Source: an uncultured Spirochaetaceae bacterium (lineage in GTDB: Bacteria > Spirochaetota > Spirochaetia > SZUA-6 > DRHE01). From it: 34,829 bases of DNA. Made by a program: the position numbers and the translations under genes. Below the pieces are notes generated by a model, which worked only from the letters and a program-made list of their open reading frames with translations, was not told the origin of the DNA and made no database searches. How positions within the stretch are numbered: the stretch's first letter is position 1; each line of letters begins with the position of its first letter. Positions 16,338 through 23,263 of the stretch are shown here, in pieces. The DNA lies in the NCBI GenBank assembly GCA_964551205.1, contig CAZKCQ010000004.1, positions 1 to 34,829 on the forward strand, written 5' to 3'.

Positions 16338-16988
16338 TCAACTCTTGCCAACAAGTTTTTTGCAGAGGTTGATGGCTCGTAGAGCATCCGGAGCAAACCC
16401 GTCTGATTCAACCTCATTGGCGTACTCCTGGGTAATCGGCGAGCCGCCGACTATGACCTTGGCCTTACCTCCGCTGCCCCGAATGGCCTTGATCGCCGGC
16501 TTCATGGCCAGCATGGTCTGGGTCAGCAGGGCGGATAGGCCGACGATATCCGCCTTGTCCTTGTTAGCTGCATCCACAATCTCCTGGATCTTCGCATTGA
16601 CTCCCAAATCGTTCATGCTGAAGCCCGCAGCCTCGAGCATCATGCTGACCAGATTTTTGCCGATGTCGTGTACATCCCCTTCCACCGTGGCGATGACGAT
16701 CTTCCCAAGAGATTCTCCGCCGCCGGCTTGCTCCCAATACGGTTTCATCAGCTCCGTGGCCGCCTTCATGGCTTTGGCAGACAGGATCACTTCAGGAAGC
16801 CACATCTCGTAGGCTTTGAACCTCTCTCCCACAACATCCATGCCCGCAACCAGACCCTCCTTCAGGACCTTCTGAGGCTCCGTGCCCTTGTCCATAAACT
16901 CCTTGGTTAGCGCAGTTGCCTTCTGTTCATCTCCCGAAATTATCGAAGCTTTCAATTCTTCAAACATGCTGTTGTCCTCCATACTCAT
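16338..16988 (-). CDS. Methyltransferase-cognate corrinoid protein (B12-binding cap + Rossmann domain)
   Basis: 216 aa. An N-terminal helical cap is followed by the B12-binding motif set GDVHDIGKN (DxHxxG), SALLT (SxL) and VIVGG. Size and layout match MtgC/MttC/MtaC-type corrinoid proteins. Confidence 0.9.
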   Translation of the reverse strand: MSMEDNSMFEELKASIISGDEQKATALTKEFMDKGTEPQKVLKEGLVAGMDVVGERFKAYEMWLPEVILSAKAMKAATELMKPYWEQAGGGESLGKIVIATVEGDVHDIGKNLVSMMLEAAGFSMNDLGVNAKIQEIVDAANKDKADIVGLSALLTQTMLAMKPAIKAIRGSGGKAKVIVGGSPITQEYANEVESDGFAPDALRAINLCKKLVGKS

Positions 16989-17011
16989 GATTTCTCTTCT
17001 TTTTGTCCTGA

Positions 17012-18445
17012 TCAGATCTCGAGTTTCAGGCTCTTCTCGAGTGCTTTGTCCTGCTTGGCCCGCTCGTAGATCCTGTCGAGTTCCTTTTTCACATCCCGGT
17101 CAATCTCGTAGCTGTGCTCGGCAACCAGCTTTTGAGCGATCTCCCGCGCCTGCTGGCGAATCGATTTCTGACCCAGCTCGATCCACTGGCCCAGATTCGA
17201 ATGTTCGAACAGTTGAGGCATCCAGTACTCCTTGCGAAACATCTCGTAGGTGCTATTCTTGTCGACATAGGTGCCTCCCGGTCCTACATCGATGATGTCC
17301 TGGATCATCAGACGTTCCTCACTGAACTCCTCTTCCTTGAGGACGTTCCGGATGTACTGCAGCATCTCATCCAGTATCACCACCCATTCACCGCTGTAGA
17401 TCTCTCCGGTCGACAGCAGCCCGCCGCAACGAAAGGCCCTTGCCCCAGCCAATCCCGCGATCAAGGTGTGGATACCCATCTCAGCCGCGGCGTGGGCATC
17501 CGGCTCCTGGGAACTGGTCAAAAGGCTCTTTACGATAATAGGTAGGTCGTAATACTTGCACAGAGCGATCTGATGCAGAGAGTGCTGTACGTACTCCACC
17601 GATCCGTATACGAAGGTGGTGTACTTCATGCTGAAAGTGTTGGCTTCAAAGGCATCGTTGGGGGAGATGTAGTTGTTCCCCTTGGGGTTCATCAGGTACA
17701 GTACGGTCAAGCCAGCAAAATGCTCGTACATGCTCTGCAATACCGTTCCCAGAATGGTTATCGGGGCGGTAACCCCCGCTTGAGGCATGGTTGCCAACCA
17801 CATCGGGATGCCCTTATCCCGCAACCTGAAGGCCACATCGAGGTTGTGCGCGTCGAAGGACTTGGGACTGATCATCCAAATCCCGAAGGTGAAGCGTTTT
17901 CCCGCGGCTTGGGCCATCTCGTACACATAGTTGGCGCACTCGTAGGAGGGCTTATCCATGTGCTCAAAGATGTCGTTGCAGCGGTAACGTGAGTTCTCCC
18001 AGGCCGCTTTGTGCATTAGAATGTGCTGCAGATGCCCTGGCACATCCATCGGTACCACCGGCGCCGAGCCCACTGTGTCCAGGGCATCCCCAAGTTTGAT
18101 AAATTTCACCAGGTCATCAGCCGAGGCCTGTTTCAGCTTCCCCGTATCCAGATCGTAACAGGCGGTCTGATGGGCTCCGGCGGACATGAACCACTTGCCC
18201 CGCTTGTAGTACTCCGGAACATCGTAAACCGCAGCAGCCATGGCTTTCTGAACCAGATCCGGTTTAAATCGCACCATTTCCCCGTCAATTGTCACACCGT
18301 TGTGATCGGCCATCAGCTTCAGAACACCCTCATGGGGGACCTGGATACCGGAGGTTTCGATTAGCCACATGGCTTTTTCGTGCATATAGTCGATCTGTTC
18401 TTTCCGCAAGCCCCCCGCAAGCTCAAAGTTTTCTAATTTCATCAT
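17012..18445 (-). CDS. MttB-family (trimethylamine methyltransferase superfamily) methyltransferase, non-pyrrolysine, paralogue 1
   Basis: 477 aa and uninterrupted, with no in-frame TAG. The N-terminus L..EQIDYMHEKAMWLIETSGIQV...VRFKPDLVQKAM and the C-terminal ..GTYVDKNSTYEMFRKEYW...LGQW fit the MttB-family pattern. AAGGAG lies 5 nt upstream of the ATG. Confidence 0.85.
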   Translation of the reverse strand: MMKLENFELAGGLRKEQIDYMHEKAMWLIETSGIQVPHEGVLKLMADHNGVTIDGEMVRFKPDLVQKAMAAAVYDVPEYYKRGKWFMSAGAHQTACYDLDTGKLKQASADDLVKFIKLGDALDTVGSAPVVPMDVPGHLQHILMHKAAWENSRYRCNDIFEHMDKPSYECANYVYEMAQAAGKRFTFGIWMISPKSFDAHNLDVAFRLRDKGIPMWLATMPQAGVTAPITILGTVLQSMYEHFAGLTVLYLMNPKGNNYISPNDAFEANTFSMKYTTFVYGSVEYVQHSLHQIALCKYYDLPIIVKSLLTSSQEPDAHAAAEMGIHTLIAGLAGARAFRCGGLLSTGEIYSGEWVVILDEMLQYIRNVLKEEEFSEERLMIQDIIDVGPGGTYVDKNSTYEMFRKEYWMPQLFEHSNLGQWIELGQKSIRQQAREIAQKLVAEHSYEIDRDVKKELDRIYERAKQDKALEKSLKLEI

Positions 18446-18478
18446 CTCTTCTCCTTCTCATACCATTATCCTGACGGA

Positions 18479-19906
18479 TTAGTACTGCCGTTCTTTGGCC
18501 AGTGCTTCGTCCTTAGCCGCGATTTCGTAGATCCTGTCCAGCTCGCGTTTTTTCTCCGGCTCGATCTCGTAGGCATGTTCTTTCAAGAGCTTCTTTGCCC
18601 GCTCATTGGCAATCTGTACGAAGCTCTTCGAGCCCATCTCCTGCCACTGTCCCAGATTGGAATGAAGAAATACGTTGGGATCCCAGTACAGGGTTCGGTA
18701 ATGCTTGAAGGTGCTGGGGTGTTCGAGAAAGCTCTCCCCTGGTTTGATCTTGGCAATGGCATCAAACAGCAGCATCTCGTCGCTGAACTCCTCTGGTTCC
18801 AAGACATTTTTGATGTACTGAACGATCTCGTAGTCAAGCACGAGCTTTTCAGCGGCGTACACCTCGGCGCTGGTCAACAGGCCACCGCAACGGAACTCCT
18901 TGGCTCCGGCCAGAGCCGCCATCAACGTGTACATGCCCACCTCCGCTGCACACTGCGCGTCCACCTCTTTAGCTGCTGTGAGCAGTGATTTTGCCGCCAG
19001 CGGCATCTTCAGGTGCTTGTGGATCGACAGCTTGTCAACCGTGGCTCGCACGTCCTCTGCGGAACCGTACACGAAGGTGGAGTATTTCATGTCGAAGGGG
19101 TGGGCGATAAAGCTGTCGATGATCTGGATATAGTTGTAGCTTTTGGTGTTCAGAAGGTTCAGCATGGTAAGACAGGCGTAGGTCTCGAACATGGCCTGCT
19201 GGATCCCCGCCTTTTCGGTAATCGGGGAATTCACGCCCATGATCGGCATGGTGCCGGCCCACATGGGAACGCCCTTGTCTAGAAACTTATCGATGATTTC
19301 CAGCTCCACGACATCGAAGGAACGCGGGCTCACCATGTACAGGCCAAGGGCAAACCACTTGTCGGCGATCTTAGACATCTCGTAGATGTACTCGGCGCAG
19401 CGAACCGTCGGTTTCGGGTCATGCTCGAACATATCGTTCGCCCGGCGCCGCGAGTTCTCCCAGGCAACTTTATGCATCATGATCTCCTGGAGCTGGATCG
19501 GTACGTCCATCGGTACCACCGGAGCCGATCCCACCGTGTCCAGGGCATCACCGATTTTGATCATCTCGACCAAGTCTTTATGGGTGGTTTCCCGGATCTT
19601 TCCTGTGTCCATGTCCAAGATCTTTGTCTGGTGAGCCCCGGCGGAGATCACCCAACCGTCCTCGTAGTAATCGGGCAGAGGGAACCTCATCTCCTGGATG
19701 GCTTTGATCACCAGATCCGTGCGGAACTTCACCATCTGGGAGGTTTTGTCTATGGTGACTCCGTTGATGCCATGCAGGCGGTTGAGCAGTCCCTCGTGAG
19801 GAATGTGCAGGCCGACTGTCTCTACCAGCTCGATCGCTTTGTCCCGCATCAGATCGATCTGTTCGGGCCTCAGACCTCCCGCCAGGGTGTAGGCGTGTAA
19901 CATCAT
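18479..19906 (-). CDS. MttB-family methyltransferase, non-pyrrolysine, paralogue 2
   Basis: The track ORF is trimmed to ATGATG at 19906, which has AGGAGG 8 nt upstream, giving 475 aa. It shares AGAHQT, GDALDTVGSAPVVPMDVP, MHKxAWENSR, MKYxTFVYGS, FRCGGLL and HSNLGQW with paralogue 1. Confidence 0.85.
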   Translation of the reverse strand: MMLHAYTLAGGLRPEQIDLMRDKAIELVETVGLHIPHEGLLNRLHGINGVTIDKTSQMVKFRTDLVIKAIQEMRFPLPDYYEDGWVISAGAHQTKILDMDTGKIRETTHKDLVEMIKIGDALDTVGSAPVVPMDVPIQLQEIMMHKVAWENSRRRANDMFEHDPKPTVRCAEYIYEMSKIADKWFALGLYMVSPRSFDVVELEIIDKFLDKGVPMWAGTMPIMGVNSPITEKAGIQQAMFETYACLTMLNLLNTKSYNYIQIIDSFIAHPFDMKYSTFVYGSAEDVRATVDKLSIHKHLKMPLAAKSLLTAAKEVDAQCAAEVGMYTLMAALAGAKEFRCGGLLTSAEVYAAEKLVLDYEIVQYIKNVLEPEEFSDEMLLFDAIAKIKPGESFLEHPSTFKHYRTLYWDPNVFLHSNLGQWQEMGSKSFVQIANERAKKLLKEHAYEIEPEKKRELDRIYEIAAKDEALAKERQY

Positions 19907-19964
19907 CTGTCTATCCTCCTGTCTGTCTATGTTGATTCTGTTGCTGGTTATCCTTGATTTTCCG

Positions 19965-20840
19965 CTATCCTTTGATTGCACCGGCTACCAAGCCTTTTAC
20001 AAAATACTTCTGCGTAAATATGTAGAGTAGGAGGATCGGCAAGATCCCGGAAACCAGACCAGCCATTATCGTTGGCACATTGACCGTGTATCGCCCCTGA
20101 AGAAGGGTTAATCCGACCATCAGTGTTCTCAGTTTTTCTCGCTGAAGAAAAATCAAAGATATCAAAAATTCGTTCCAAGCCCATAGCACGTCATAAACCA
20201 CGAGAGTCATAAGCGCAGATGCCGACAAGGGGATCATGATGCTACGATAGATGCGAAAGCTCCCACATCCATCGATTAGCGCAGAATCCAAGATCGATTG
20301 TGGAACGGTGATGAAATAGCTGTACAGCAGGTATACGTTAAAGGGCAACAATACACCGATATAAATTACTATCACACTTATATATGAATTATTCAATCTG
20401 AATCGGCCAAAGAGCACGAAGAGAGGGATAATCATTACAATAACGGGTATCACCATTAAACTGATTACTGAATTTAAGATAAGCCTCTTACCCTTGAATT
20501 CCATTTTGCTGATGACAAATCCTGCCATCGAACTGAAAAATAGACAGAGCAGGACTGAAGCCACGGTAACAATCAACGTATTTGTCAACCATCTTGGGAA
20601 CTTCTCGCCAAAGAACACTTTTCTATAAGCATCGAATACGATTCCAGGCGGTAAACCGATTTTATTCGAATTGTATTCAATTTTCGTTTTAACCGAGTTG
20701 ACAATCACAAAATACAGTGGATACAGCGATAAAATTGTCAGTGTGATCAGGATCAGGTGCTTCACAACACCGGTTCCCAGTTTCTTTGCTCTGCGCAACA
20801 TCCGTTCTGAATCGATGCTCCTACGAACTGCTTTCCTCAC
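19965..20840 (-). CDS. ABC transporter permease, CUT1 MalG-like (importer copy 3)
   Basis: 291 aa. ILDSALIDGCGSFRIYRSIMIPLSAS and WNEFLISLIFLQREKLRTLMVGL. GTG start with AAGGAG 8 nt upstream (AAGGAGAAG 5 nt upstream). It overlaps the upstream gene by 20 nt. Confidence 0.9.
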   Translation of the reverse strand: MRKAVRRSIDSERMLRRAKKLGTGVVKHLILITLTILSLYPLYFVIVNSVKTKIEYNSNKIGLPPGIVFDAYRKVFFGEKFPRWLTNTLIVTVASVLLCLFFSSMAGFVISKMEFKGKRLILNSVISLMVIPVIVMIIPLFVLFGRFRLNNSYISVIVIYIGVLLPFNVYLLYSYFITVPQSILDSALIDGCGSFRIYRSIMIPLSASALMTLVVYDVLWAWNEFLISLIFLQREKLRTLMVGLTLLQGRYTVNVPTIMAGLVSGILPILLLYIFTQKYFVKGLVAGAIKG

Positions 20841-21711
20841 CGATTCTTCTCCTTAGGCGATTCGATGCAAACAACATCAGCAGCGTCATCAATATCAACA
20901 CTACCGCCATCACCAACCCCGCTCCTCTGTCGTTGTAAAGAAAAGACCTCTGATAAATATAGAATTCGGAAACCCAGGTTGCCTTAGCGGGACCACCGCT
21001 GGTGATGACAAAGACAAAACCAAAAATCTGGCTGATCATGGTGATGATGCTGAGAATTACGTAGAACTCGATAACATTCCTCAACTCCGGTACGTATATT
21101 TTCATTACCCTGAGCCACCATCCCGCACCATCCAACAACGATGCTTCCACCGTGTCTTCGGATACCGAACTGAGGCGAGCTATAAACAACACAATGGCAA
21201 ATCCCAGCTCTCTCCATACAATTGCAGTGGCAACAACGGGCAGTGCCAACCTGGGTTTGCCAAGCCAATCACGAACTAGAAAATCGAGTCCCAGAAAACT
21301 CAGAAGCTGATTGAATGCTCCGGAATATTGAAAGAAAAATGAAAACGCAATACCTATAGCGACCAGCGGAACAATATAGGGAACGAACAGCACACTTCTG
21401 TAGAGCTGCGAGCCGACGAGGCGTTCGTGCAGTATCGTTGCGATGATTACGGAAAAAACCAGGATGATGGGAATTACCGCCAACAGTTGGAAGTTATGCC
21501 ATAGAGAGAGATAGAAGTTCTCGTCCCGAAATGCAACAACATAGTTCCTAATCCCAACAAATACTCCGGGCCAAGAACGCATATCGAAGAAGCTTTCCCG
21601 GAACACTTCGATAACTGGATACAGATAGATCAAAAGGATGAGTACGATTGTTGGAAGGAGATATAGGTATGGCTCGAAGCGCGTTCTCTTCAATCCGAAC
21701 GTACTACTCAT
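20821..21711 (-). CDS. ABC transporter permease, CUT1 MalF-like (importer copy 3)
   Basis: The track ORF begins at TTG 21726. I prefer ATG 21711 (MSSTFGLKRTRFEPYLY, compare MSSGS...EPYLY in copy 2). EAA loop TVEASLLDGAGWWLRVMKIYVPEL. Confidence 0.85.
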   Translation of the reverse strand: MSSTFGLKRTRFEPYLYLLPTIVLILLIYLYPVIEVFRESFFDMRSWPGVFVGIRNYVVAFRDENFYLSLWHNFQLLAVIPIILVFSVIIATILHERLVGSQLYRSVLFVPYIVPLVAIGIAFSFFFQYSGAFNQLLSFLGLDFLVRDWLGKPRLALPVVATAIVWRELGFAIVLFIARLSSVSEDTVEASLLDGAGWWLRVMKIYVPELRNVIEFYVILSIITMISQIFGFVFVITSGGPAKATWVSEFYIYQRSFLYNDRGAGLVMAVVLILMTLLMLFASNRLRRRIGEESSS

Positions 21712-21755
21712 AATAAATCTCAACAACGTTGGAAGGTTGTTTCCTATTGACAGGC

Positions 21756-21779
21756 GGGGGTATTGAAAACAATACCCCC
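21756..21779 (-). promoter_or_regulatory. 10-bp stem-loop in the SBP3-permease spacer
   Basis: GGGGGTATTG (21756..21765) pairs with CAATACCCCC (21770..21779) around an AAAA loop. A T6 run (21785..21790) follows only when read on the plus strand. Confidence 0.45.
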
Positions 21780-21811
21780 AGCCGTTTTTTCTACAATTTC
21801 CTCAGACAGAT

Positions 21812-23143
21812 TTACTTGGAATGTTGCATCCAGTCCAAAGCGGTTTTCCGGTATACTTCAACTGCATCAGGATTTTCTCTTCGCCATTTTGCAGCCGATT
21901 CATCCATCTGCCGGGCTGCTTCCTTTGCATCGATTTCACCGACAATTAGCAGTTGCCCGATGCCATAGCTGTCCGCGTCAATCTGGGGTGTGTAATGCCA
22001 GTTGTAGGTAAATGTTGTTGACTCGAGGAACCACTGCGCGTATTGCCTATCCACTTCAGACTTAGCTGAACCCGGTTCGAATAGCGTGCTTGCCTGCATC
22101 GCACCGCTCTTGTCATACAGAGCCTTCACTCTCTCTTTCGTGAGCAGTAATTTCAAGATATCAGCGGCGACATCGGGATGCGGGCCATTGGCCAGGGCCA
22201 AGGGCATCGGCGTGATCGGGATACTACCTGCGACTTTGCCGGTGATGGGGGGTAACGGAGTCTTCATCGCCCCGACCGTGCCATCCCCCATCTGTGCAAC
22301 ATAAGCGGCCGCAACAGGTTGGACTACAAATCCAAAAGCAATATTGCCGGTATAGAAGAGATCGAGTCCTTCGCCCAATCCAATCGAAGCGGCATCTTTG
22401 TTTATATAGCCATTGTCTCTCATCACTTCGATTATTTTCCACCAATCTCCGTGCTTTGGATCGACAAAACGCTGCTCCCCCAAAACTGCCGCATGCAGGT
22501 CTGCTGCGTCATCGAGGCATTGAATCGCGATCGTATTGAAGAGCCATGGGCTCATGTACCCGTCCTGCCAGCCGATACCCAATGGCACTTTCCCGGTTTT
22601 TTTGATCCTTTCAGACATCTCAATGAGCTCATCCCAATTCTTCGGTGGACTCTTGATACCCACATCCGCAAAGATCTCTTTGTTGTATACCATCCCCCAG
22701 GCTTCCATGTATTCCGGAACCATCCACACGTGACCTTCCCAGCCAAGCTCGCGTTGGGCAGCGGGCAAAATTGTATCCACCTCTGCTTTGCTCCAGAAAT
22801 CGTCAATCGGCAGAATATCCCCTGCCTGGGAAGCATCGATCCCCTCTTGTCTTCCCATAAGGATCACATCGGGTGGGTCGCCGGCAGCAACCGCAGCCAT
22901 CCACGATTGTTGAAGATCATCCATAGGGATTTCCGTTGGTTCCACGGTAACGTTCGGATGGGCTTTTTCATAAATCTCGGCGGATTCGTTGTACCAATCG
23001 TTCATTCCCGGTGCAACGACTTCTCCCCACATCCAGATTCTGATATCCACCTTCTCAGTCTCTCCCTGGGGGGTAGAAAACAGTGGGCCGATGGAGCAGA
23101 TCATGCAAATGACGATCAAACTAACCATGATTGTTCTCTTCAT
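21812..23143 (-). CDS. ABC transporter substrate-binding protein, family 1 / CUT1-type (importer copy 3)
   Basis: 443 aa with signal peptide MKRTIMVSLIVICMICSIGPLFSTPQGE. GAGGAGG lies upstream of the ATG. It is collinear with SBP1 and SBP2 but more diverged. Confidence 0.9.
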   Translation of the reverse strand: MKRTIMVSLIVICMICSIGPLFSTPQGETEKVDIRIWMWGEVVAPGMNDWYNESAEIYEKAHPNVTVEPTEIPMDDLQQSWMAAVAAGDPPDVILMGRQEGIDASQAGDILPIDDFWSKAEVDTILPAAQRELGWEGHVWMVPEYMEAWGMVYNKEIFADVGIKSPPKNWDELIEMSERIKKTGKVPLGIGWQDGYMSPWLFNTIAIQCLDDAADLHAAVLGEQRFVDPKHGDWWKIIEVMRDNGYINKDAASIGLGEGLDLFYTGNIAFGFVVQPVAAAYVAQMGDGTVGAMKTPLPPITGKVAGSIPITPMPLALANGPHPDVAADILKLLLTKERVKALYDKSGAMQASTLFEPGSAKSEVDRQYAQWFLESTTFTYNWHYTPQIDADSYGIGQLLIVGEIDAKEAARQMDESAAKWRRENPDAVEVYRKTALDWMQHSK

Positions 23144-23263
23144 CCTCGTTCCTCCTCAATATTAAGTTTCGATTTCCCCCAAACTCATCACAACATAGGG
23201 CTTTTTTCATCACCTCCTCTCCACTCTTAGATAATGCCCCTCCCTGGCCGCCTCCTTCCCAAC

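Noticed and set aside
16030-16812. Long antisense or off-frame ORFs: 16030..16812 (+), 22319..23230 (+), 23321..24367 (+), 32005..32646 (+), 12424..13005 (-), 32643..33293 (-), 10507..10929 (-) and many shorter ones
   Set aside because: Each lies opposite or out of frame to a gene with clear family motifs. They show Arg/Pro/Ser/His-rich low-complexity translations and lack an SD. Such ORFs are an expected by-product of codon bias.
17012-19906. Possible pyrrolysine (in-frame TAG) recoding in the MttB-family genes
   Set aside because: Both ORFs are continuous and full-length without any internal TAG. No pylS/pylT-like sequence or tRNA is visible in the window.
19907-19981. 25-codon N-terminal extension of MttB paralogue 2, and analogous extensions of E2 (25679..25753), the oxidoreductase (30300..30332), the ADH (32620..32637) and E1 alpha (27700..27726)
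   Set aside because: The extensions overlap upstream stops or spacers and lack an SD. The internal ATGs have strong AGGAGG/GGAGG sites at proper spacing and give N-termini matching the paralogues or families.
23121-23210. 29-codon ORF MKKALCCDEFGGNRNLILRRNEDEENNHG in the gap upstream of SBP3, directly preceded by GAGGAGG
   Set aside because: The SD-like run ends only 2 nt before the ATG, which is too close. The ORF overlaps the SBP3 start out of frame, and there is no supporting pattern such as a leader-peptide codon run or an alternative hairpin. It is kept only as a remote leader-peptide possibility.
23144-23263. Cobalamin riboswitch or another leader RNA upstream of SBP3 or SBP2 (14856..14957)
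   Set aside because: The spacers are only about 100-120 nt, shorter than a cobalamin riboswitch. I could not find a B12-box-like GCCACTG element or the expected paired regions. Only purine-rich SD-like runs are present.
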